Positions 52,993 through 59,942 of a stretch of 59,942 nucleotides of DNA are shown here, in pieces. Numbering within the stretch: the first letter of the stretch is position 1; every line of letters begins with the position of its first letter. Origin of the DNA: a virus (taxonomy: Duplodnaviria > Heunggongvirae > Uroviricota > Caudoviricetes); IMG/VR virus record IMGVR_UViG_3300045988_167837. One strand, written 5' to 3'. The notes beneath the pieces were generated by a model. That model was given only the letters and a program-made list of their open reading frames with translations, was not told where the DNA came from and searched no databases. A program made the position numbers and the translations under genes.

Positions 52993-53232
52993 TGTACTCA
53001 CCAGCGCCGCAAATTCCGTATACCCCCCAATATGCTCTCCATGTATGAATATCTGAGGTATGGTATCCACTGGTTTACCAACCTGGTTGCTCAACGTTTC
53101 TTTGTTGATCCCCGCAGATGTAATATCTATATACTCATAATCACCGTAGCCATGTCCCTTTAGTTGCTTCGCCAACTCGACCGCACGTTTGCAGTATGAG
53201 CAGTTATCTCGTCCGTAGATAGTGATCGTCAT
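52987..53232 (-). CDS. glutaredoxin (NrdH/Grx-like)
   Basis: 81 aa; MTITIYGRDNCSYCKRA with CxxC active site and GG motif. Confidence 0.75.
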   Translation of the reverse strand: MTITIYGRDNCSYCKRAVELAKQLKGHGYGDYEYIDITSAGINKETLSNQVGKPVDTIPQIFIHGEHIGGYTEFAALVSTL

Positions 53233-53405
53233 AACTTAACAAATACCTTTATAAATATTGATTCGAACATATCAGACTATACTACAAACAGATTTTTTTG
53301 ATAAGTATGTAGTAACTTATTGATTGACTAGTAAACAATTGAAGTGATTACGACAATAGATTACAGTAAGGATTGCCTTGAAATGTACATTTTATAGAGG
53401 TTTTA

Positions 53406-54314
53406 ATGATTGGTAAGTTGTCTGATTCTTTGATTGAAAATAAATACAACGAATTTAGAGAAGAAATATCTTTACTTTTTGACTATTTAAATCAGATAAA
53501 TGATACAACAAAGAAAAATATAAAACGTCTTCTTAAAGAAGTGGAGTATGCACAAAATCCAGATACTATTATTAATATTAATGAAACTATTAAGATTAAG
53601 TGTGGCACAACGTTAGCTCGCCATTTATGTTCAAACCCATATACAGGTTCAACATTAGAGATAGGTAACAGCGCCATTGATTTAGAAGAAAAGATAAGAT
53701 TGTGTAATACTTTGAAAAATAAACAATATCAGTGGGTTATTACTGAAGCCTATGAGTTACTGGAAGACTATATTGAGGCAATATATGTCTATACTGTATG
53801 TGTTCGAAATGATTTATGGTCCTCAAGTGATTTTGGTAAGGTTGAAGATGATGAAATTGGGAAAAGGGAAGTTTATTACAGATTATTAAAAGCAAAAAGT
53901 AACCCATCGAAAAAAATAACTAAAATTTTCAGAAATAAAATACCTGGCTTCAAAGAGATAGAAACAAACAACAAGATTGGCAAAAACTATCGCTTTAACA
54001 TCAAGCTAATTGAACTACTAAGACATACAATAGTACACAATAGTGGACGATTCAATGATACAGAAAAATTTATAAATAAGGTTTTAGATGAATCTGAAAT
54101 AAACGGTAAGAAAAGAGTTATTGGAGAAAGAGCTGTTAGAAGTTACATTACTAAAGTGCAAGAAGATGATATTGTGATGCTCTTAGAAAGACCATCTGAA
54201 ATTTTAGGTTCTTTTGGTGGGTATTTTAACAGAGCAAAATTTTTACTAAGTGATATTTTAGAATACTCACTAATCATTAAAGAAGAACTAAAATCATATC
54301 TAGGCAATCATTAA
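53406..54314 (+). CDS. hypothetical protein with Rx4H (HEPN-like) motif; candidate abortive-infection/defense protein (302 aa)
   Basis: Markedly AT-rich ORF, own AT-rich upstream region, bidirectional terminators on both sides; motif LLRHTIVHNSGR fits the HEPN Rx4-6H signature. Confidence 0.6.
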   Translation: MIGKLSDSLIENKYNEFREEISLLFDYLNQINDTTKKNIKRLLKEVEYAQNPDTIININETIKIKCGTTLARHLCSNPYTGSTLEIGNSAIDLEEKIRLCNTLKNKQYQWVITEAYELLEDYIEAIYVYTVCVRNDLWSSSDFGKVEDDEIGKREVYYRLLKAKSNPSKKITKIFRNKIPGFKEIETNNKIGKNYRFNIKLIELLRHTIVHNSGRFNDTEKFINKVLDESEINGKKRVIGERAVRSYITKVQEDDIVMLLERPSEILGSFGGYFNRAKFLLSDILEYSLIIKEELKSYLGNH

Positions 54315-54315
54315 C

Positions 54316-54346
54316 AAAAAAGGGGCCGAAGCCCCTTTGGATTTTG
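54316..54346 (+). terminator. rho-independent terminator after HEPN-like gene
   Basis: AAAAAGGGGC-CGAA-GCCCCTTT hairpin followed by TGGATTTTG. Confidence 0.6.
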
Positions 54347-54492
54347 CGCTTAAAAAAGTGTTGCTAGGATGTTAGCAAGCTATGGTTAAGAACGTCTGCC
54401 GTAATTGTCTATCACAGCGTTGAGCGGTCTGGTTTATGTTAGCGGAGTCTTAATCGAGTTGATTAAAAGGCCAAACCGCTCAACGCTGTGTC

Positions 54493-54579
54493 TGGCGGAG
54501 AGTAATGGAATCGAACCATCATCGCTTGCGCAATGGGACGGTTTTCAAGACCGCTTGAGCACCATGCTCCCTACTCTCC
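54493..54579 (-). tRNA. tRNA-Ser (anticodon TGA), class II with long variable arm
   Basis: rc folds as acceptor GGAGAGT/ACTCTCC, anticodon stem GCGGT/ACCGT with loop CTTGAAA, 14-nt variable arm, T-loop TTCGATT, encoded CCA. Confidence 0.6.
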
Positions 54580-54679
54580 AGCTATTGTGATGGTCGGTGC
54601 TGAACTCCGACACAGGGTTGTAGCAAGCCCCGCAAAGCGCGCACTACTGTAGTTGCGGCACATCAGCCTGTGCATTCAT

Positions 54680-54758
54680 CACAACGGTAAGATCACTACC
54701 TTTCGACCAGTCATTGTGCACATGAACGACGATTAACCGTAATGATCTTATCGTTGTG
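54680..54758. ncRNA. long hairpin element A (15-bp stem CACAACGGTAAGATC / GATCTTATCGTTGTG, about 49-nt interior) within tRNA cluster
   Basis: Perfect 15-bp inverted repeat with one G-T wobble position. Confidence 0.35.
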
Positions 54759-54809
54759 TTGTGAAGCCAGATGCTTATCTTCTGGTTGCTTCAAAGAGCT
54801 GCACTTCCT

Positions 54810-54898
54810 CACAACGGTAAGAGCACTGGTCTGACTCTATCGATTTACGGCCTTGTGGGTCAGTATCGCCGATTCGCCCAATGCTCTTACCTGTTGTG
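54810..54898. ncRNA. long hairpin element B (16/17-bp stem CACAACGGTAAGAGCA / TGCTCTTACCTGTTGTG) abutting tRNA-Thr
   Basis: Stem sequence shares CACAACGGTAAGA with element A. Confidence 0.35.
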
Positions 54899-54899
54899 T

Positions 54900-54975
54900 T
54901 GGTGCCGGTTAACGGACTTGAACCGCTGGCCATTCGCTTACAAAGCGACTGCTCTACCAACTGAGCTAAACCGGC
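54900..54975 (-). tRNA. tRNA-Thr (anticodon TGT)
   Basis: rc: acceptor GCCGGTT/AACCGGC, D-arm GCTC-AGTTGGTA-GAGC, anticodon loop TTTGTAA, T-loop TTCAAGT, encoded CCA; 76 nt. Confidence 0.65.
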
Positions 54976-54979
54976 AATT

Positions 54980-55066
54980 TGGTGGGGAGTGATGGAGTCG
55001 AACCACCCGAGTCGCCATGACAGTAGATTTACAGTCTACACCGCTACCTCTACGGACTAACTCCCC
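54980..55066 (-). tRNA. tRNA-Tyr (anticodon GTA), class II with long variable arm
   Basis: rc: acceptor GGGGAGT/ACTCCCC, anticodon stem GTAGA/TCTAC with loop CTGTAAA, long variable arm, T-loop TTCGACT, encoded CCA; 87 nt. Confidence 0.7.
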
Positions 55067-55071
55067 TAAAT

Positions 55072-55146
55072 TGGCGATGGTGGGTGGATTCGAACCACCG
55101 ACCAGTTGGTTAACAGCCAACTGCTCTACCGCTGAGCTACACCATC
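55072..55146 (-). tRNA. tRNA-Asn (anticodon GTT)
   Basis: rc: acceptor GATGGTG/CACCATC, D-arm GCTC-AGCGGTA-GAGC, anticodon stem GTTGG/CCAAC with loop CTGTTAA, T-arm GGTGG-TTCGAAT-CCACC, encoded CCA; 75 nt. Confidence 0.75.
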
Positions 55147-55327
55147 AATTCAGCACTGCCAGTATTTATTACTCAACAGTGCCAATCGCGACGGTTTAGT
55201 TTCTGCCAGGAAACGCACCGCTACTTGCACTTTTCGTTAGTGCCAGACGCTTTCGACTTCGCTCAATAGTAGAAGGCAAAATCTTTAAGTAGATGATGTT
55301 TCTGAGGACAGCACCTACTTTGTAATT

Positions 55328-55365
55328 GGGGAGCCCGCAGAATTCGGAAAAAATCGTACGCTAAG
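55328..55365. repeat. 38-bp terminal inverted repeat of Tn21-family (Tn3 superfamily) transposon, tnpA-proximal end
   Basis: GGGGAGCCCGCAGAATTCGGAAAAAATCGTACGCTAAG, matching the GGGG...ACGCTAAG pattern of Tn21/Tn501-group IRs; tnpA stop codon lies inside it; GC content rises sharply from here. Confidence 0.8.
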
Positions 55366-58327
55366 GTTTTCCGGGCATCCGTAAGGGCCGAAACTTCCCG
55401 TCTTCCAGTCTGCGGCTCTGCCGCCAGACGTAATCGCCGGTTAGGTTGATGTGCTCCCAGCCCAGCGGCGACAGGAATTGCAGCAGCTCGCCGTCCACCG
55501 GCTTGCCGGCCTCGACCAACCCCTGGGTGGCGCGTTCCAGGTACACCGTGTTCCACAGCACGATAGCCGCCGTCACCAGGTTGAGGCCGCTGGCCCGGTA
55601 GCGCTGCTGCTCGAAGCTCCGATCCCTGATTTCCCCAAGGCGGTTGAAGAACACCGCCCTGGCCAGCGAGTTGCGCGCCTCACCTTTGTTCAGGCCGGCA
55701 TGCACGCGGCGGCGCAGTTCAACACTTTGCAGCCAGTCCAGGATGAACAGCGTGCGCTCGATCCGGCCCAGCTCGCGCAGGGCCACGGCCAGTCCGTTCT
55801 GGCGCGGGTAGCTGCCGAGCTTGCGCAGCATCAGCGAGGCGGTGACGGTGCCCTGCTTGATCGAGCTGGCCAGGCGCAGGATGTCGTCCCAGTGGGCACG
55901 CACGTGCTTGATGTTCAGGGTGCCGCCGATCAGCGGGCGCAACGTCGGGTAGGCTTGCACGCCCTGCGGCACGTACAGCTTGGTTTCGCCGAGGTCGCGG
56001 ATGCGCGGCGCGAAGCGGAAGCCTAGCAGGTGCATCAGGGCAAAGACGTGATCGGTGAAGCCGGCCGTGTCGGTGTAGTGCTCCTCGATCCGCAGGTCGG
56101 ACTCGTGGTACAGCAGGCCGTCGAGCACATAGGTGGAATCGCGGACGCCGACATTCACCACGCGGGTGCTGAACGGCGCGTACTGGTCGGAGATATGGGT
56201 ATAGAACAGCCGTCCCGGCTCGCTACCGTACTTCGGGTTGACGTGCCCGGTGCTCTCGCCCCGGCCACCCGCGCGGAAGCGCTGGCCATCGGAGGATGAG
56301 GTCGTGCCGTCGCCCCAGTGGGCGGCAAAGGCGTGGCGATACTGGTGGTTGACCAGCTCGGCCAAGGCCGCCGAATAGGTTTCGTCGCGGATGTGCCAGG
56401 CTTGCAGCCAGGACAGCTTGGCGTAGGTCAGGCCGGGGCTCGACTCGGCCATCTTGGTCAGCCCGAGGTTGATCGCATCACCGAGGATTGCGGACAGCAG
56501 CAACGTCCTGTCTTTGGCCTCGGCCCCGTCCTTCAAGTGGGTGAAGTGGCGGCTGAAGCCCGTCCAGTCGTCCACGTCCATCAGCAGTTCGGTGATCTTG
56601 ATGCGCGGCAGTAACTGGCTGGTTTGGTCGATCAGCGCCTGCGCCCGATCCGGCACCGCCGCATCCAGCGGGGTGATTTTCAGCCCTGACTCGGTGAGGA
56701 TGGCATCGGGCAGCTCGTTGTCCTTGGCCAGGCGGGTGACGGTGGCCAACTGCTCGTCCAGCAGCTGCAAACGCTCTTCCAGGTACTGGTCGCTGTTCGG
56801 GTTGATCGCCAGGGGCAGGGCCTGCTCGCGCTTGAGTGCGGCGAACTTCTCGGCCGGCAGCAGGTAGTCGTCGAAGTCGCGGAACTGCCGCGAGCCCTTG
56901 ACCCAGATGTCGCCGGAGCGCAGGGCGTTCTTCAGCTCGGACAGGGCGCAGATTTCGTAGAATTTCCGGTCGAGGCCTTCCGGGGTGATCACCAGCGGCT
57001 TCCAGCGCGGCTTGATGAAGGCCGTGGGTGCATCGGCCGGCACCTTGCGCAGGTTGTCGGCGTTCATCTCACGCAGGGTCTGCACGGCTGCCAGCACGCC
57101 TTGCGCGGCCGGCGCGGCGCGCAGTTCCAGCACCTCCAGCAAGGCCGGCGTGTAACGGCGCAGGGTGGCGAAGTTCTCGCCGACCAGGTGCAGGTGGTCG
57201 AAGCCTTCCGGCCGGGCCAGCAGCTCGGCCTCGCTGACGCTCTCGGTGAACTCGTCCCAGGGAATCACCGCCTCGATGGCGGCATAGGGGTCGCTGCCGC
57301 TTTCCTTCGCTTCCAGCAGCGCCTGGCCGATCCTGGAGTACAGGCGCACCTTGTCGTTGATCGCCTTGCCCTGCTTCTGGAACTGCTGCTGATGCTTGTG
57401 CTTCGCGCCGCTGAACAGCTTGACCAGGATGCGGTCATGCAGATCGACCAGCTCATCGATCACGGTCGCGGTGCTCTCCAGCACCACGGCGGCCAGGGTC
57501 GCGTAGCGGCGCTGCGGCTCGAACTTACCGAGGTCTTTGGGCGTCATCTGCCCACCCTCGCGGGCCAGCTTGAGCAGGCGGTTCTGGTGGATGTGCCGGC
57601 CCAGGCCTTCGGGCAAGTCCACCAACTGAAATGTCTTCAGCCGCTCGATGTGTTCCAGCATGTGCCGAGAGTTGGGTTTCAGCGGTGCCTGGCGCAGCCA
57701 GGTCAACCAGGTGATGCTGCTGCCGGCCTTGAGCTTCAACAGCTCGTCCAGCTTGGCCCGATGCGAGTCCGTGAGTGGTTCGACCAGGGCGCGGTAGACC
57801 CGCCGATTGGCTCGCGCAATGGCTTCCGAGCAGGCCCGGTCAATCACGCTCAGCGCCGGCAGGATGCGTCGTTTCTGCCGTAGGCTCTCCAGGGCCTGAC
57901 CGGCCAGCAGCAAGCCTTTGTCGGTCTGCTGGGCCAGCTCGGTTAGCTCGCGCACCAGGGCGCGGAAGTCGGACAGGCCGAACGGGGCCAGTTGCAGGTA
58001 GGTGCGCAGTTCCTGGGCATGCTCGCGACGGGTCACGTCGCGCTCGCCGTACTTTGCCCAGCTCGCCGGCTCGGCCTGGACTTGCTTCGCCACCCACAGG
58101 ATGACCGGCTCGGGCAGCTCGCTGTCGGTTCCCAGCGCGTAACCGGGGTAGCGCAGCAGGCAGAGCTGCACGGCGAAGCCGAGGCGGTTGGCGTCGCCGC
58201 GTCGCTGGCGGATCAGCGACAGGTCGGAGTCGTTGAAGGTGTAGTAGCGGATCAGGTCATCCTGGCTTTCCGGCAGCGCAAGCAGGGTGTCCCGCTCCGT
58301 GGCCGAGAGGATCAAGCGACGCGGCAT
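55361..58327 (-). CDS. tnpA: Tn3-family (Tn21 subgroup) transposase
   Basis: 988-aa ORF with recalled Tn21-group TnpA blocks (MPRR.ILSA.ER..LLALP N-terminus, DDE region [32 protein letters not shown]-terminal [20 protein letters not shown]). Confidence 0.9.
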   Translation of the reverse strand: MPRRLILSATERDTLLALPESQDDLIRYYTFNDSDLSLIRQRRGDANRLGFAVQLCLLRYPGYALGTDSELPEPVILWVAKQVQAEPASWAKYGERDVTRREHAQELRTYLQLAPFGLSDFRALVRELTELAQQTDKGLLLAGQALESLRQKRRILPALSVIDRACSEAIARANRRVYRALVEPLTDSHRAKLDELLKLKAGSSITWLTWLRQAPLKPNSRHMLEHIERLKTFQLVDLPEGLGRHIHQNRLLKLAREGGQMTPKDLGKFEPQRRYATLAAVVLESTATVIDELVDLHDRILVKLFSGAKHKHQQQFQKQGKAINDKVRLYSRIGQALLEAKESGSDPYAAIEAVIPWDEFTESVSEAELLARPEGFDHLHLVGENFATLRRYTPALLEVLELRAAPAAQGVLAAVQTLREMNADNLRKVPADAPTAFIKPRWKPLVITPEGLDRKFYEICALSELKNALRSGDIWVKGSRQFRDFDDYLLPAEKFAALKREQALPLAINPNSDQYLEERLQLLDEQLATVTRLAKDNELPDAILTESGLKITPLDAAVPDRAQALIDQTSQLLPRIKITELLMDVDDWTGFSRHFTHLKDGAEAKDRTLLLSAILGDAINLGLTKMAESSPGLTYAKLSWLQAWHIRDETYSAALAELVNHQYRHAFAAHWGDGTTSSSDGQRFRAGGRGESTGHVNPKYGSEPGRLFYTHISDQYAPFSTRVVNVGVRDSTYVLDGLLYHESDLRIEEHYTDTAGFTDHVFALMHLLGFRFAPRIRDLGETKLYVPQGVQAYPTLRPLIGGTLNIKHVRAHWDDILRLASSIKQGTVTASLMLRKLGSYPRQNGLAVALRELGRIERTLFILDWLQSVELRRRVHAGLNKGEARNSLARAVFFNRLGEIRDRSFEQQRYRASGLNLVTAAIVLWNTVYLERATQGLVEAGKPVDGELLQFLSPLGWEHINLTGDYVWRQSRRLEDGKFRPLRMPGKP

Positions 58328-58330
58328 GTG

Positions 58331-58891
58331 TCAGTCGTCCGTGCGGAGGTACTGGTAGAGGGTTTCCCGGCTGATGTTGAACTCGCGGGCAAGCTGCGCC
58401 TTGGGCTCGCCGGCCGTCGCTCGCTGCCGCAGGGTAGCAGCCTGCTCATCGGACAGGGCTTTCTTGCGGCCCCGGTACGCGCCACGCTGCTTGGCCAAGG
58501 CGATGCCCTCACGCTGCCGCTCGCGGATCAGGGCGCGCTCGAACTCAGCGAAGGCCCCCATCACCGACAGCATCAGGTTGGCCATCGGCGAGTCCTCGCC
58601 AGTGAACACCAGGCCCTCCTTCAGGAACTCGATGCGCACGCCGCGCTGAGTCAGCTTCTGTACCAAGCGACGCAGGTCATCGAGGTTGCGGGCCAGCCGA
58701 TCCATGCTGTGCACCACCACTGTATCGCCTTCGCGGACGAAGCTCAGCAGCGCTTCGAGCTGGGGGCGCTGGGTGTCCTTGCCCGATGCCTTGTCGGTGA
58801 ACACCTTGCTCACCTGGGTTTGTTCCAGCTGGCGTTCCGGGTTCTGGTCAAAGCTGCTGACCCGGACGTAGCCGATGCGGTGCCCCTGCAC
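58331..58891 (-). CDS. tnpR: serine recombinase resolvase
   Basis: 186 aa; catalytic Ser region GYVRVSSFDQNPERQ, C-terminal HTH; sequence as I recall it for Tn21 TnpR. Confidence 0.9.
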   Translation of the reverse strand: MQGHRIGYVRVSSFDQNPERQLEQTQVSKVFTDKASGKDTQRPQLEALLSFVREGDTVVVHSMDRLARNLDDLRRLVQKLTQRGVRIEFLKEGLVFTGEDSPMANLMLSVMGAFAEFERALIRERQREGIALAKQRGAYRGRKKALSDEQAATLRQRATAGEPKAQLAREFNISRETLYQYLRTDD

Positions 58892-59066
58892 GATGTCTCC
58901 TTGGTTGAAGGCGGCTTAAGTGCACTTTCTGTTCCGTTGTGCCTCAAAGCCCATTTCTGTCAGGCTGAAATCTATAACCTTCGCGGGCATGTGTCAAAAA
59001 ATGGGAAAGCAGACTCTATTCTGACGAAGCGGCGCGGCCCTGCCTGACATCAAGTTAGGGTATGCC
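58892..59066. other. res (resolution) site region between tnpR and tnpM
   Basis: Position by analogy with Tn21 organisation; subsites not individually delineated. Confidence 0.45.
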
Positions 59067-59417
59067 TCAACCTGACGGCGGCGAATCACAAGCGTCCGGT
59101 TTGACGCTGGTTTCGGTCGCAGTGCTGGCCCGCGCCTGGAAGCGCTGATAGCACTCCAGCCCGCAGAAATGCTCCACGTACTCGGCCCCTTCCGGCGTGA
59201 AGGCGGCATCGAGCGGGATTTCCTTGCAGCACACGCAGCAACTGGTGCTCGGTTCATTGGCGTTCATGGTGGTGTTCCTCCATTGGTTGACGAAGCCGAC
59301 GAAGGCCGCCGCCGGCATCGGCCTGGCGAACAGGAAACCCTGCACCGTGTCGCAACCCGCCTGCCGCAACCACGCAAGGCAGTCGGGTGTTTCCACACCC
59401 TCGGCTACCACCTCCAT
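59067..59417 (-). CDS. tnpM: TnpM (5' remnant of the EAL-domain urf2 gene interrupted by integron insertion)
   Basis: 116-aa reading frame starting [33 protein letters not shown] (EAL C-terminal motif); the 204-aa track ORF 59067..59681 reads through IRi and is chimeric. Confidence 0.7.
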
Positions 59418-59442
59418 TGTCGTTTTCAGAAGACGGCTGCAC
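59418..59442. repeat. IRi, 25-bp inverted repeat at the intI1 end of a class 1 integron
   Basis: TGTCGTTTTCAGAAGACGGCTGCAC, the class 1 integron IRi sequence as I recall it. Confidence 0.8.
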
Positions 59443-59619
59443 TGAACGTCAGAAGCCGACTGCACTATAGCAGCGGAGGGGTTGGATCCATCAGGCAACG
59501 ACGGGCTGCTGCCGGCCATCAGCGGACGCAGGGAGGACTTTCCGCAACCGGCCGTTCGATGCGGCACCGATGGCCTTCGCGCAGGGGTAGTGAATCCGCC
59601 AGGATTGACTTGCGCTGCC

Positions 59620-59942
59620 CTACCTCTCACTAGTGAGGGGCGGCAGCGCATCAAGCGGTGAGCGCACTCCGGCACCGCCAACTTTCAGCACATGCGTGTA
59701 AATCATCGTCGTAGAGACGTCGGAATGGCCGAGCAGATCCTGCACGGTTCGAATGTCGTAACCGCTGCGGAGCAAGGCCGTCGCGAACGAGTGGCGGAGG
59801 GTGTGCGGTGTGGCGGGCTTCGTGATGCCTGCTTGTTCTACGGCACGTTTGAAGGCGCGCTGAAAGGTCTGGTCATACATGTGATGGCGACGCACGACAC
59901 CGCTCCGTGGATCGGTCGAATGCGTGTGCTGCGCAAAAACCC
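59620..59942 (-). CDS. intI1: class 1 integron integrase, 3' portion (gene continues beyond window end)
   Basis: Translation ends ...[61 protein letters not shown], the IntI1 C-terminus; frame open to window edge. Confidence 0.9.

Noticed and set aside
54580-54670. Possible additional tRNA between tRNA-Ser and hairpin element A
   Set aside because: Local hairpins are present but no acceptor stem, T-loop or anticodon-arm geometry could be assembled by eye on either strand.
55263-59681. Many 60-350 aa ORFs inside the transposon (e.g. 55451..56026, 57101..57883, 57992..59047, 59067..59681)
   Set aside because: High-GC DNA yields long spurious antisense frames. These overlap tnpA/tnpR on the opposite strand or read across the IRi boundary (the real tnpM is the 116-aa C-terminal portion).

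Overview
The window is a composite of four kinds of DNA. Coordinates of features I read directly from the sequence (tRNAs, repeats, inverted repeats, hairpins) are approximate to a few bp; CDS coordinates follow the supplied ORF track.

(1) 1-1370: enterobacterial chromosomal core genes. The 5' end of metG is on the minus strand and a complete apbC/mrp is on the plus strand, divergently arranged.

(2) 1375-1500: a 126-bp remnant of IS1 (left terminal repeat plus the first 24 codons of insA), abutting the apbC stop codon.

(3) About 1500-55327: roughly 54 kb of phage-plasmid-like DNA. It has a P1-type replicon (DnaA box, GATC cluster, repA flanked by about 17 iterons). It carries a T4-like nucleotide-metabolism and replication/recombination gene set, mostly on the minus strand: RNase H, Dam-like methyltransferase, DnaQ-like exonuclease, DHFR, thymidylate synthase, NrdAB, RuvC-like resolvase, SbcCD-like nuclease, RecA, flap endonuclease, SSB-like protein, DnaE-type polymerase, CobS/CobT-like pair, glutaredoxin. 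This resembles SSU5/pHCM2/pMT1-type elements; that assignment is from memory, not a search. Accessory content includes a type I restriction-modification operon (hsdM-hsdS-nuclease-hsdR) bordered by a truncated IS3-family transposase, a tyrosine recombinase with an HTH regulator, an AT-rich terminator-flanked single gene with an Rx4H (HEPN-like) motif, and a cluster of four non-host-like tRNAs with two hairpin elements.

(4) 55328-end: a Tn21-family transposon (38-bp terminal repeat, tnpA, tnpR, res, tnpM) followed by the left end of a class 1 integron (IRi and the 3' part of intI1, running off the window).

The most interesting observations are an intein with a LAGLIDADG endonuclease domain in the RecA P-loop, a DnaE polymerase gene split by a free-standing HNH endonuclease gene, a PD-(D/E)xK nuclease gene embedded in the type I R-M operon, the HEPN-like singleton gene, and a conserved palindromic motif upstream of several operons. 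No CRISPR array or cas genes were seen. No database search could be run, so all family assignments rest on motifs and remembered sequences.
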